Assembly (NCBI GenBank): GCA_965153355.1
Contig: OZ231126.1
Coordinates: forward strand, 31,248,001-31,312,000
Origin: Flaccisagitta enflata
Taxonomy: Eukaryota
Reading direction: 5' to 3'
Length of the DNA stretch: 64,000 nucleotides
The notes beneath the pieces are model-generated. The model was not told the origin of the DNA. It ran no database searches and saw nothing but the letters and a program-made list of their open reading frames with translations. Made by a program: the position numbers and the translations under genes. Shown here in pieces: positions 16,790 to 30,907 of this stretch (its first letter is position 1; each line of letters begins with the position of its first letter).

Positions 16790-16914
16790 TTTTATCATTC
16801 ATAAGCACGACTAGGCAAGTATTTCTAATTTGACGATATTTGCTAGAAAAAGTAACAAAGGAAAACAGTTTGTGATTATCGCTTCGCTGTGATGCAATCA
16901 CTGCCAGTCTGTAC

Positions 16915-18371
16915 CTGTAAAAGTTAGTTTGACGATGTTCTTTTTGCCCGGCAGATATTTCAAGATGAACATCGAGTCATTTTCGGCGATTTTCGTGTTT
17001 TTGCATTTGAGTCTTTGATCTTCGCAAATCGAACATCGAAAACGACTTTGTAGCATGTCGCAATCCAAAGGGAGGAGAAGCTCAAGAGGAGAAGAGGGAG
17101 AAGAGGGAGGAGGTTGAGGAGAAGGAGGAGTGGGAGGTTGCTGCAAAGGGGCGCCGCGACGAGATCGTGAGGAAGATGAGGAGTTGACAATTTCGGAAGC
17201 GGAAGAAGAAGAGGAAGAGGAGGAGGATATTTGGAGGGTGGATAAAGATGAATTGATTGGAAATGGGTAAGCAGAAAAGGATATGATTGAGGAAGTGAAG
17301 TTTGAGGAAGACGAGAGAGGAAAGGGAGAGGGAGAAGGAAAGGCCGGAGAGGGAGAAGGAGAGGAAGTGGAAGAGGGATAGGGATAGGGATAGGAAGAAA
17401 GAGAAGAAGAGTCATGGAAATATGCTGAAGGGGAGAAGTTAGATAATGGGATTGGAGTTTTGGCAGAAGCATAGGAATGTCTCGCAGCTGCCTGTGTCTT
17501 TTGATTCATTATAATTGACTCGTGAGGAACGGTTTCATTGGTGTTGAAATTCGAAAAGAGGGAATTTTGGGGTGAAATGAATTCAAATTTGTTTACATTT
17601 TTTGAAAGATGAGATACTTTCGCTTTATGGGTTTTTAAAACATCGGAATTAATTTCATGTTTGGAAGATTTGAAGAGTTTTACGAGTTTAGAAAATGGAT
17701 TAACACTCGAGTTATTTGCATAGATTGTATCGTTTTTCAGCGCGAACACATTTGGAACGACTTGACGTTGTTTTATCGAGGATGATTTATTTGAAAAGAC
17801 GGATGCAGATGGGACGAAAGGGAAGAGTCGTATTCGTCGCTTCCTGGACGCAGGTGCCCCTTGGCCAGAATGAGGAAACAATTTGATTGGTTTTCTCCAC
17901 AATGGGTTAGTCGTAGTGGAAATCAACGGCGGCGGAGATCGCTTTTGTGTGGGGAACTCGTTTCGACTGTTCGTGGAATTAAGGACGGGCTGATGAATGG
18001 TTAACGTAGAATGATGAGTGGAAGGATTCGAAAGCTGAGAGAATGTGGAAGATTCTTTGTTCATACTAGGAGTAAGTGTTTCATTTGCAATGATCTTTAC
18101 ATGAGAGTCTCTGAATGAAACAGTCGTGATATTTCGAATGTTAAGCGAAACTGGCGTTGATGTTACCGAATACTCGGAAGTAATTGCATGAGTCTTGGAT
18201 AAAATGAAAGAAGATGATTCCGGGACTACATTGACTCGTTTGCCACGCGCTTGATACTCCTCGTCGTTTCTCGCTTTGGAAAATGTTTTCTCGAGTAAAT
18301 CAATTTTGACGTTTTCTTCTTTGGAGTCATGATCGATTTCGTGTTGTTGCTTTTGCGCCTTGAAGAAATTC
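16915..18371 (-). CDS. Large internal exon (~485 codons) of an unidentified gene: Ser/Pro/Asn-rich region followed by a Cys-rich LRR-N-cap-like motif
   Basis: The frame stays open 102 codons upstream of the ORF-track ATG, up to acceptor tttccatctttacag|g (18371). Donor acag|gtacag at 16915. C-terminus LDCDMLQSRFRCSICEDQRLKC...LKYLPGKKNIVKLTFTG. Confidence 0.65.
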
Positions 18372-18540
18372 CTGTAAAGATGGAAATGAAATACTTACTA
18401 GATGTAAATCTTATTCTGAGTTGCTTTCAAACCTTTTAACCATTAGAGGTAAGAAAAAAAAAAGAAAGAAAAAAGGCACACATTTTTACTTGCGTCGTGG
18501 AGAAGTGCGCACACATTATTGACGCGCGCACACGTTAATG

Positions 18541-18840
18541 CAGGGGTGTATATTCTTGAGTCGCTTTTGATTTCCCCCCCCCCTGTCTTTGATTTTCTTC
18601 CCCCCAACGCGTCGCATAGCGTTTTTATATCCATGATTTTCTTCCCTATACAGCAATAAAACTGTAGTTAAGATTTGAATGGTGTTAAATTGTGTTTTAC
18701 TAATTGAGTTTTATGATTTGGTACTGAAAAAAGTTATATTTTCCCCAAATTTCCTTTTTTTTCTCTTTTTCCCCCCTTTGATTTCCTTCCCCATCTCCAG
18801 ACCCTTTGATTTCCCCCCAACTCAAGAATATACAGGCCTG
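18541..18840. mobile_element. hAT-type MITE
   Basis: TIR cagg(gg/cc)tgtatattcttgagt, perfect 8-bp TSD cgttaatg. Confidence 0.92.
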
Positions 18841-19439
18841 CGTTAATGACACGCACGCACGTCAATGGCATCTCTCACGTGCATCACTGGAACCATTCAA
18901 CAACGGTCAATTCATTCTCAAGATTAACCTCTTAATTTGGCTCTTATCTTTTGACTCCGTTAGCTACTATAAGTTTCTTTATCCAGCTTTTGCTGTTACA
19001 CGCTCATGTACTTTATGATTTTGCTGAGGCGTAAAAGTTCAAACGTCTCTATAGATATATCTCCCGTGAATTCAGCCATTTTCTACTTAATCGTCGCATT
19101 ATGATAATTCTCTGTTTTTGTCGCTTCCACCTTTCCTTATTTTGTATAAGTCTATCCTGCATGCAGTGTGTCATTGATTGCTCGATTGCGTAGAAATGCT
19201 TTTTCATTTGCGTAAAAATGCCATCGCTTGCTATACTGCATGCAGAGCGTACTTGCTGGCACGATTGAGTACAAATGCCATTGCTTGCTCGATTATTTTC
19301 AAATGCCATTGCTTATACAATTGGTTAAAAGTGTCATTACTTGCTCGATTGCGTACAAACGCATTACATGCTCCACTGCATGCAGTCTGTCATCGCTCAA
19401 TCGATCGCATGCAGTACTCGATTTCCCGGTCGACCGCGC

Positions 19440-20539
19440 GCACTCCGCTATTGCCTTAAGCAGCCTACCATCTAAACTTTTTGAGTTTGCCATTCAGATC
19501 AAAACTTCCGATTTATTGCAAACGGATGAACTTCAGTTTGGATTCAAACGAAAAACCAGCACTAGTCATGCAATCTATTGTCTCAAATCAACTGTCGAGC
19601 ATTTCACTACTCACAACTCAAGGGTCTACGTGGCGTTTCTGGACTGCACGAAGGCTTTTGACAGAATTTCTCATTTTGGTCTTTTCACTGAACTAATGAA
19701 AAGAGGGATTCCCTTATGCATACTTTTATGCCTATTTTTCTGGTATGGGAGTATGTTTTCGGAAGTGAAATGGAGTTCGGAAAGAAGTCGTTCATTTCCG
19801 GTGCCTCTTGGCATAAAGCAAGGGGGTATCAACTCTCCGGATTTCTTTGCATGTTATTTCAACGGGCTAACACAGCTACTACGTCAACTGAAACTTGGTT
19901 GTCACGTCGGTAACCTATTCCTCGGCTCTCTATTCTTTGCCGATGACATTGTCCTTCTTGCCCCAACTCGATCTGCACTTCAACAAATGATAAACTGCTG
20001 TCAAGGTTATTGCAGACAATATGGCTTGGCTTTCAATGCTAAAAAGTCAAAGATAATGATCTTTTCAAAAACGTCCTTTGACAAAAATGCCATCGAGCCC
20101 CTGAGAATTGGAGACACACCTATTGACTGTGTTGACCAAATCAAGTACCTTGGGACCACCATAATAAGTAAGCCCTCTTTTTGTTTCTCACATGAAGATG
20201 ACTTACGTTCCTTCTATAGAGCATCAAACTCGGTTTTGAATCAGGTTGGTTCAGCAAACGAGCCCATACAAATGAAGCTTCTTTACTCGCATTGCGTCCC
20301 ATGCTTTTCCTACGCCTCCGCAGCAAAAGAATATTCCTCGCGACAGATGAACGACTGTACTGTTGCTCTGAATGACGCTATCCGGAAGATATTTACTTTC
20401 CATCGGTGGGAAAGCGTCCGCACATTGAGAGAAGAATTGGGCTACCCTGCCCTAACTGATATTTATGCTCAGGCTAGAAACAGATTTGAAAAATCGCTTC
20501 CTGGCCATCTCAACTCCACTGTTTCGCGTCTATTTCACC

Positions 20540-20619
<80 letters not shown>

Positions 20620-20681
20620 CCGTAGAAACAACATCTCTGGGCTCCTTCCCTTGATTCCACAATGTGGCCAAGGGGAGTCCC

Positions 20682-20772
<91 letters not shown>

Positions 20773-20989
20773 CTACAGCAACAAGTACCGCAACAACAGA
20801 AACAACAGAATTAACAGTGAGAAAAACAATTTGTAGTCGCCTTGTTGCATTGAACTGTTGAAAAAAAAACATCATCTCTATTTATTTATTTTTGGCACCT
20901 TGAAATCTAAATTTCACTTGCTCCTTTTATGTATGTTTGCTGCGTATTTGTATGAATCTGTCGCTTTATTGCTGACGAATTAAACAAAC
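19440..20989 (+). mobile_element. 5'-truncated non-LTR retrotransposon, RTE-X-like clade
   Basis: RT region starts at IALSSLPSKLFE. No endonuclease upstream. The AT-rich 3' UTR ends gctgacgaattaaacaaac. TSD not found. Confidence 0.85.
19441..20625 (+). CDS. LINE reverse transcriptase, C-terminal part of the ORF (open frame; poly-Q end comes from (CAA)n)
   Basis: Motifs QFGFK, FLDCTKAFD, GIKQGGINSP, LFFADDIVLLAP, FNAKKSK, KYLG. Confidence 0.92.
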
Positions 20990-21065
20990 CTCATTGCGTG
21001 GGACTCTGAGGCCATTTCCCGTTCAATTGAGTTTGGGAACGACTTATCATCGAAGATTGTTTGAT
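20990..21065 (-). CDS. Putative small exon upstream of the 16915-18371 exon (DQTIFDDKSFPNSIEREMASESHAMR)
   Basis: The phase-2 donor gag|gtttgt matches the phase-2 acceptor at 18371. The acceptor is either ccgttag|atc (21065) or ccag|tta (21240). Confidence 0.35.
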
Positions 21066-21109
21066 CTAACGGCCCAAAAGGGTTTCGAGTAAGTATGTCA
21101 CAAAGCAGC

Positions 21110-21170
<61 letters not shown>

Positions 21171-21691
21171 GAGGAGGACGACGACGAAGAAAGAGGGTTC
21201 TACTTTTTTTGCTGGTTTGGGAGATCAATCGTAATGGTAACTGGTATATGGTATATGATATATGATATATGGTATATGGTATATGGTATATGGTATATGG
21301 TATATGGTATATGGTATATGGTATATATTTTATAGAGTACTAGTAATGGTAGTGGTTATGGTATTGATATATGGTTTATGGTAGATAAGTTGGATGGTTT
21401 AGTGGTAGGGCTAAAGTGGATGGGTGTCAATCATGAAGATGGGAAATGGTTATGGCTTGATGAAGGATTGATGAAGCAAGGCTGCCAAAGTGAATGGCTG
21501 GAAGGGTAATTGAGGGCATGGATGGGCTGGGCTGGGCAAAAGGATGGGGGGGATAATCGAGAGGTTGGGAGACGATGTGAAGATGGATGATCGTATTGCT
21601 AGGAAATGGCATGGATGTAGGGGAGCTCCAAAATTTGCCACGTCCGCTTAGCATTTCAAGACCGAGTCAGAATTATGACCAACTAATATAA

Positions 21692-22259
21692 AACTAGTCA
21701 TCCAAGGATCGCACATGGTCAGCGGTACCCGATGCCCTGCTTGGAGTGATTAGCTGAAGAAGCTGAGTGGGAGCAGGGCAGCGGCCCCAAAGGGCCGATG
21801 TCCTGTAGGACACAGGGGTGAATTTCCAGACGTCCTGAGAAAGCACATTTAAGGACTGAGTTGATTGATTGGAGAACAGTAATGAGATCAGGGATGAGGG
21901 CAGATTTGAACCTGAGAGGGTCATTTTGAGGGCTGAATTGAGACCGATTTTAGGTTTGAGAGGTCTGATTTCAAGCCTGAAATGGTTGATTTTGGGCCTG
22001 ACAAGGCTGATCTAGTACCTTAGTGGGCTGATTTTGGGCTTGAGTGAGCTAATTTAGGATCTAGAAGGGCTGATTTTGGGTCTGAGAGGGGTGATTTTGG
22101 GTCTGAGAGGGCTGACTTAGGGCCTGAGAGGGCTGATTTGGGGTCTGAGAGGGCTGATTTGGGGCCTGAGAGGGGCCTGGGGGTACGGACGTACGGACGT
22201 CTGGAAATTCACCCCTGTGTCCTACAGGACATCGGCCCTTTGGGGCCGCTGCCCGAAAA
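21692..22259 (-). mobile_element. HINE family B
   Basis: ~60-bp inverted subterminal repeats gggcagcggccccaaagggccgatgtcctgtaggacacaggggtgaatttccagacgtcc and a 20-21-bp internal array. Confidence 0.75.
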
Positions 22260-22283
22260 ATGTAGAAAAAATTGTAATTTTCC

Positions 22284-22780
22284 TTTTGGGCAGCGGCTAC
22301 AAAGGGGCTGATGACCTATGCTTTCACACAGGGGAATTTTCTCCTTTTCCTTCTTCTCCTCCAGCATACCCCCCCCCCTCCCCTTGAGGCCCAAATCCTA
22401 GCTTCGAGGCTCAAATCCCAGCCTTGAGGCTCAAATCCTAGCGCCGAGGCTCAAATCCTAGCCTCAAGGCTCAAATCCCAGCCTGGAGGCTCAAATCCCA
22501 GCCTGGAGGCTTAAATCCCAGCCTCAAGGCTCAAATCCCAGCCTCGAGGCTCAAATCCTAGTCTGGAGGCTCTAATCCTAGTCTCGAGGTTCAAATCCCA
22601 GCCTCGAGGCTCAAATCCCAGCCTCGAGGCTCAAATCCTAGCCTCAAGGCCGCAATGCTCAAATAAAAATAGCATAGGTCATCGGCCCCTTCAGGGCCGC
22701 TGCCCCTCTTACCACCTTACACCCACATACTCACATAGGGGCAATGGTTACTGCTGACCGTCTAACGCTTTTGCGACTAT
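22284..22780 (+). mobile_element. HINE family B (head-to-head with the previous copy)
   Basis: ttttgggcagcggc head, 21-bp array gaggctcaaatcccagcctc, ggccgctgccc, tail cgcttttgcgact. Confidence 0.75.
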
Positions 22781-23201
22781 TTTTTTTGCATCATTCTCGA
22801 ATAAAAATCTTCCATCTAAAGGCTTTTTTGTAAAATTTCAAACAAGCTCAGTTGAATTTTTATCTTTTCAGGTTGTTTTTCAAAGAAATTTTTACTTTTT
22901 CAATCCTTAATCACTCCTAATTCAAGACTGACTTGCTTATCGAAACCGAATCGAAATCGAAATCGAAACATGGACATGGTGGACGTGGCGTCCCCTACAT
23001 CCATGGGCAAAGGATGGATGGTTTCATGAAGAAAACATTTGGAATTCATTGTTTTAATCTCAGAGAATAAGGAGAAGGAGGAGGAGAAAGAGGCGGTTTG
23101 GAAGGAAGAACTGGAACCCAAATTGTTTTTTTATCTGCTAGCAACGAGAGAAGACGATCATCACATTGCTTTGCCCCAAAAAGAATGTTGAAGAACAATG
23201 G

Positions 23202-23270
<69 letters not shown>

Positions 23271-23893
23271 GACAGAGAGAGAGACAGAGAGAGACAGAGA
23301 GAGAGACAGACTACGAATAACGAAAACTAAACAGTTGTGTGAGTTTTCTTAACTTCTCACATCGCAGTGAACATCTCTCTTTCAGACTTTTTACGTAACT
23401 TGATCGAGCAATTACGAATCAATCGATCACCACCACTTTTGTATCTTTATCTATTCTTCAATCATTGACCGTGCCATTAAACTGTTCTTTATCACTAACC
23501 TTGTCATTTGACCATCCTTTGTCACTGACCTTGTCATTTGATAATGATTCTATTTTCGTCAACGTGTAGATGTGACAATCCAAACAACATTCAGACAACT
23601 CAATTACAAGGCTACAATTCTACTACAGGAAATCAAATGTCAGCTAAAACGAGTTGATTATTAAAAGTCAAGGAGTCCGCTTTGCTTCCACCTCTTCTTC
23701 TTCTCGTAACAAAGAGGCGTCATTTGACCATTCATTATCACACAAAGAGGCGTCATTTGACCATTCATTATCACTAACCTCATCATTGGACCACCCTTTA
23801 TCCCTAACCTTGTCATTTGACCATTCTTTATCACTAACCTTGTCATTTGACCATCCTTTATCATTAACCTTGTCATTTGACCATTCATTACAG

Positions 23894-24607
<714 letters not shown>

Positions 24608-24612
24608 CATTA

Positions 24613-25203
24613 CAGGGTGTTCAATCTCAAATTCGGGAAAGTAAAAAGCTTACATTTCTAAACGCTATAAGTCAGTGATTTCAAACCATTTTTCTCTTGT
24701 AGTATTAGGTTTGACCTTTTTTTGTGTAAAAATTTCATTGGTCTAGCTTAAATAATTTGTCCACAACATCAATTTGAAGTAAAACAAGTATTTACAGTTG
24801 AAGCTCAAAAACTCATATTTTTATCAACATTGTTTTTCAATATTCTGCCTTAAATTTTCAAACGGCTTGATAATCGGGGCCAGATTGGTCACAGATGTAA
24901 ACATCTTCAAATTATACTTAATTTGAGACCAATCTGACATTTCTACTTCAATTCGTTTAGAAACTAGAGCAATTTTAAGAAAAGCTATTATGATTGAAAT
25001 GAGAGATTTTTAGCTCAAACTTTATATTCTTGTTTTACTTAAAATTGATGTGGTGGGCAAACTATTGAAGCTAGACCAATGAAATTTTTTTACAAGAAAC
25101 GTCAACCATATTACTACCATGAAAAAATGATTTGAAATCACTGACTGGTTGCATTTAGAAATTGAAAGCTTTTACTTTTCCGACTTTGAGATTGAACACG
25201 GGG
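24613..25203. mobile_element. Fold-back Tc1/mariner MITE
   Basis: ta|cagggtgttcaatctcaaa ... tttgagattgaacacgggg|ta with long imperfect arms. Confidence 0.88.
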
Positions 25204-25437
25204 TATCACTAACCTCATCATTTGACCACCCTTTATCCCTAACCTTGTCATTTGACCATTCTTTATCACTAACCTTGCCATTTGACCATCCTTTATCACT
25301 AACCTTGTCATTTGGCGATGAGACGTCAAATCTTTTTCCCATTTCCGCAAATTTCCTCCCCCAATTTTTTTTTCTCCTTTTTGCCTTCTTTTGGCGTCAA
25401 ATTCTCTCTTTTCTTTTCCGTTATCGTCGTCGTCGTT

Positions 25438-25468
<31 letters not shown>

Positions 25469-25675
25469 TCATCGCCATCGTCGTCATCGTCGCTGTCGTC
25501 GTCGTAGTTGTCACCGTCGACATCTTATCTATCTTCCCTTCTGAAGGCGATTCAGAATTGGTTTCATTACTCGAAATAGTCTGTCGTTGAGTAACCGGGA
25601 GAAGCAACCGAGGAGACAAAGTGTCTTTCCGCTGATTTGGCTCTCGTTGAGCAACCGGAAGAAGCATTGTGGGAG

Positions 25676-26471
25676 CACTCTGCTTTTAAAGAGATTCTGA
25701 GTGAAAAATCACATAACAGTGGGTTTCTCTGCATTTTTAGTTGCGGACACGCAACTCTATAAGAGGCTTTGTCCGTCGGTCCGTCCGTCCGTCGGTCCGT
25801 CCGTCGGTCCGTCCGTCCGTCGGTCCGTCCGTAACCATCGAGTCGAAAAGTGGGAAAACACACATTTCCGCCCCTGCCCACCCGTCCGCAACTGATGGCC
25901 GTGTATCCGGCCTTGTTGTGTAGTGTTGGGGTGTAATAACGTGTAACTAGCCAAAATAAAATCATTCACCGAGCGCTTTTTGAATGATCTTCAAAATGGA
26001 TGAAAATCAAACCTATTTTCTATGAAGATTCTACTGAGTTGTATTGACTTATTTTTTGACTCCATATTGTTATGCTATGCCAAATTTTCTTTCACTGGAT
26101 AGGTCACATCATATGGGTTTATCAAAAAATAAAGTTTTTATTTTTTGAGCCACCGTTACTTTTTTGTAACGGTGACTCAAAAAAAAAAGGTCTTAATTCT
26201 TTGTAAAACTATGGAGTGCGACCTATCAAACGAGAGGGAATTTTGCATAGATTAACAATATGAAATAAAAAATTGAATCAAAACACCTCAGTAGAATCTG
26301 CATTGAAAATAGATCTAATTTTTTATTTATTTTGAAGATAACTCAAAAAGCGCTCGGGGAATGATTTTATTTTTGCTAGTTACATGTTATTGCACTCCAC
26401 TACTACACAACACTGCAGAAAAACCTACTGTTATGCGACTTTTCACTCAAAATTGTTTTAAAAGCACAGTG
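25676..26471. mobile_element. Fold-back CACTA/Chapaev-like MITE with a HINE (25737-25916) in its left arm
   Basis: Ends cact(c/g)tgcttttaaa, 3-bp TSD gag. HINE subTIRs agttgcggac / gtccgcaact. Confidence 0.8.
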
Positions 26472-28668
26472 GAGACAAAGTGTCTTTTGGTTCATTTGAC
26501 TGTTACATTGTAGGAGACAAAGTGTCTTTCTGCTGATTTGGCTCTTGTTGTGCAACCGGAAGTAGCATTGAAGGAGACAAAGTGTCTTCTGGCTCATTTG
26601 ACTGTTGCATTGTAGGAGACAATGTGTTTTTCAGCTAATTTGGCTCTCGTTGTGCAACCAGAAGAAGCATTGAAGGAGACAAAGTGTCTTCTGGCTCATT
26701 TGACTGTTGCATTGTAGGAGACAGAGTTGCTTGGCTCATTTGACTGTCACACTGTAGGAGACAAAGTGTCTGTTAGCTTATTTGACTGTTGCATTGTAGG
26801 AGACAATGTGTCCTTCAGCTTATTTGGCTCTCGTTGTGTAACCGGAAGAAGCATTGAAGGAGAAAAAGTGTCTTTTGGCTGATTTTACTGTTGCATTGTA
26901 GGAGACAAAGTTGCATGGCTCATTTGACTGTTGCATTGCAGGAGACAAAGTGTCTGTTGCCTCATTTGACTGTTGCAGAGCAACCAGATAAGTTGAAGTA
27001 GACATTGTTGGTTGACTTGATTACAATGAATCCGTTGTGTTCATCAATCGTCTTCTTCCTGTGTGATTTTTTGGATGACTTGGCGTGTTGTTGAGCAACT
27101 GAAAGTGTTGACGAAAAACTCGAAATGTCTTTTGGTTGAATTAACTGTTGTTGGGCGACCGTAAATGTTGACTCGTTGAACGTGGACAAAAACTCACTCT
27201 TTGTTTGCAAATTCAATTTTCTTGGTGGCGACGAGTCAAAAATGTCATTATCTAGAGACAGATAAGACAAATTGTCGTTTACAGACAATAAAGGTGACAA
27301 ATTGCCAGTCACAGACAACGTAGGTGACAAATCATTAAGAGGCAGCATATGGGACAAATTACCATGTTCAGGCAACAAACGAGACAACTTGCCACTGTAA
27401 TGCATTATTTGTGAGAAATTGCCACTCGTAGGCGTCGGACGAGATAAATTGCCATTTCCCGTAAGCCAAGTGGTGTTTCGTAAGGGTGGAGTGTTTTCCA
27501 CGGCCCTAATATATCTTGTCACATGTTTTCCTCTTTCTGTTCCTCTTTCTCTTCCTCCTCTTCCTCCTGCTCTTCCTCCTCTCCCTTCTTTCACCGGCTG
27601 AGTTGTTTTCTTTCCCAAATTCGATTTTTCCGGCAAAAAATCCAAATCGGTTTTTGGAATGGAATTTGCCGAGGAAATTCCGGCGGCAGATATACGACGT
27701 GAATTTCCTGTTGGTGACAGTTTGGATGCCATTTTTTCAGGTGATATCTTAGATGCCATTTCTTCCGGTGACGGCTCGGATGTCATTGCTTCCGGTGACA
27801 GTTTTGATGGCATTTCTTCAGGTGACATCTTAGATGCCATTTCTTCTGGTGACAGCTCGGAGGGCATTGCGTCTGTTGACAGCTTAGATGGCATTTCTTC
27901 AGGTGGCAGTTTCGATGGCATTGCTTTAGGTAATAGCTCGGATGCAATTGCGTCTGTTGACAGCTTAGATGGCATTTCTTCAGGTGACAGTTTTGATGCC
28001 AATTCTGCAGGTGACAGTTTCGATGGCATTCCTTCAGGTAAAAGCTCAGATTCATCTCCTGTAGGTGACAGATTAAATTCAATTTCTGCTGGTGGCAGCT
28101 TAGATGCCACTTTTTCAGGTGACAGCTTGGATGTCATTGCTTCAGGTGACTGTTTCAATTCAGTTTGAGCAGGTGACAGCTTTGATACCATTTCAGCAGG
28201 TCGCAGGCTAAATTCATTTTCAGCCAACGAAAGCTTAGTCTCCTACGTCATGCCTAGATGCATTTTTTGTCGGTGACAGTATCGCTGTATTTGATGTCAT
28301 GTTCCGCGTTGAATCCAGCATATCTGTCATCTCTTTTTGCTTCGCTAAAGCTAGATTCGGATTTGTCAACTCTGTCTCCATTTGACTTGCGGCTGTCATC
28401 ATTTCATATGAACGTTTCATCAGTTGATTCGAGGTTGTCATCTCTTGACATCTTTTGACTCAGGCTTGTCATCTTTTGACTCGTGGATGTCATCTTTTGC
28501 TCCGAGGTCGCCATTTTCATGTCTTTGATCATCATCGATTTTCTTCCGGTTGAATTTTCTTCAATTTCGGCTCCAAACTTTTTTGGCATCGGACCCATAA
28601 AAGATGATGAGGCTGATGATGATGATGAAGAGGGTAGAGATGATGATGATGATGATGAAGAGGGTAGA

Positions 28669-28761
<93 letters not shown>

Positions 28762-29260
28762 AATGATGATGATGATGATGATGGTGGATTGGTGGTGATG
28801 ATGATGAAGGTGGTGATGATAAAGATGATAATGGTAAAGATGATGGTGATGATGATAGTGACGGGGATGACGGTGTAAATTAGGGTGATGAAAAGGATGA
28901 AGTTGGGGATGGCAATGATGATGATGATGAAGATGAAGATGAAGATGACGATGAATATGAATATGAAAATGAAGATGAAGATGAAGATGAAGATGAAGAT
29001 GAAGATGAAGAAAAGATTGCCGATAACAATAATAATGAGAGCGTAGGTGTTAATGATGGTAATAATGATGTTGCCGTCGATGGTAATCTAGTTTCTTCTT
29101 TTCTACTCTCTTTTACAAAGTGTCTCCTCTTCTGTGACATTGAGATTTGTCCCTTTTGTCCGCGTTTTTCACTTTCACTCATTTCATTTATTCTCCGCTT
29201 TTCAAACGCCACTTTTTTTCTTGCTCACTGACTTTTTCATGTCGTCGTTCTTTTCTACTT

Positions 29261-29560
29261 TTTAGATGCGTCCGTCAGGAACTCATCTGTAGAAGAGGGT
29301 CTGTCCATCGGTCCGTCCGTCCGTCCATCCGTTGGTATGTCCGTCCATTACACAAGTGCAAGAACCGCGCTTCTCGGCTGTTTTTGGCCACGATGAGATC
29401 CTATACTGAATCAAAAGACCAACAAACATGTTTTGAGAGCCCCATTTATTACTCTTGTCGTTTCATCTGTCTGTTTGTCCATCTGTCTCTCCATGTATGT
29501 CTTTGGTTCAATTCACGCTGAGACTCGGCCCGGACGCATCGTTGCCCGGTCGGGCTTGTT
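29261..29560 (+). mobile_element. HINE family D
   Basis: ttttagatgcgtcc ... ggacgcatc, hairpin gcccggtcgggc, ttgtt. Relatives at 47812-48043 (-) and from ~42876. Confidence 0.75.
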
Positions 29561-30192
29561 CAAATTTTCTTTCTTTTTCTGCTTTATTCTATCACTCCGC
29601 TCTTCTGTCCATTCCTCTTCACTATCACGTCCGTTTCTTACTTGCTCCTGTAAATCTCTTGTCACTCTCTGCTTCTTAAGTAGTCGTTCCTCCACTTCGT
29701 CAGTCTTTTCACTCCCTACTTGCTTCTGTAACTCTATTTTCTCCCTCCGCCCCTCTTGCTGCTGCTCCTCATCTTTTCTTCCTTCATTTGCTCCTCCAGA
29801 CATCTGTTTACTCTCTGGAGCATGAGTCGAAAAGTGGGAAAACGAGTGTTTCAGAAACTTTTTTTGTATGCGTCTGTGTTGGAAAGGGGGTCGCGTGGGG
29901 AGTTGGGTGTGGATGGGTTTGGCTGCCCCTGCCCATCCGTCCGCAACGACATTGTTACCCCGCGTCACTTATTCCTTCCTTTGACCATTTGGTTCTCTTT
30001 CTATCGTTTCTGTCTTACTATTAGTATTTCCCACTTCCCGCGTCCCAAATCGATTCCAACCCAAATATTTTTCCCCAAAGCTTTCATTCTTTCCCTTATC
30101 AGCATATTCTTCATCCCTTCGAGTCGCCTTCGCGCCTTTATCTCCTGCCTTTTCTGCTCGCTCAGTCATGTCTTTATCTCCGTCGGTCTTTT

Positions 30193-30907
30193 TTAGTCGC
30201 GTGCTACGCGACTCTACACCCCGCTTTGTCCGTCGGTTGGTCGGTCGGTCACATTTTACTTTTTTTTATGTTTTTTGGGCATCGGCCCCAAAGGGGACGA
30301 AGTCCTGTAGAAAACAGGGGGAATCTATCTGTCCGTCTGTCCGTCCGCATGTATGTCTGTCCGTCCGTCCCCTCCGCCCCATCCTCAGGGCCTTGTCTCC
30401 TTTGGAGCCTATTTTGACCCAATTTCTGCCAAATAGCCCAAATCCAGGCAATATGGATCAAATCAAAGCAAAATGGCCCGAATCCAAGCAAAATGCCCTA
30501 AATCTAGCCAGAAAACCCTAATTCCGACCTGAGTCCATCATTTAGATCTATATTGTGGCCAGATTTTGTCCATTTTGCTTGGATTTGGGCCATTTTGGTT
30601 ATACTTGGGCCATATTGCTTGGATTTGGGCTATTTGGCAGAGCAGATGGACGGACGGACGGATGGATGGACAGATCTTCCTGTGTTCTACAGGACTTTGT
30701 CTCCTTCTGGGCCGCTGCCTTGCTCCCCCCCAACTTAAATCACACACTACTAAAGCAGGGCACGGGTACCGCTGACCATCTGCCATACTGCCTTTGAGCT
30801 GCTATTATTCTTTGACCTCACTGCTCCTGCCAAAATGCTTTAGTGACCTCAAATACGGCCCCTGCCCACCCGCACGCGACTTGGATAGCCGTGTAACCGG
30901 CCTTGTT
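30193..30907 (+). mobile_element. HINE family A with a nested HINE family B (~30272-30810)
   Basis: The A head and tail are intact. The B copy sits in the internal T-tract. Confidence 0.75.

Noticed and set aside
19228-19440. N-terminal part of the 465-aa RT ORF
   Set aside because: Degenerate ~30-bp repeats with no RT/endonuclease similarity; the frame is probably open by chance upstream of the truncation point.
21776-21840. Possible hammerhead ribozyme in family-B ends (ccgatga/ctgatga motifs)
   Set aside because: No consistent CUGANGA...GAAA core with stems across copies; explained as HINE subTIR hairpins.
22900-23121. First exon MNSKCFLHE...GFDKQ|gtcagt
   Set aside because: Plausible ATG and donor, but no signal peptide or homology. 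Joining it needs a weak acceptor at 21240 and a coding (CT)n tract.
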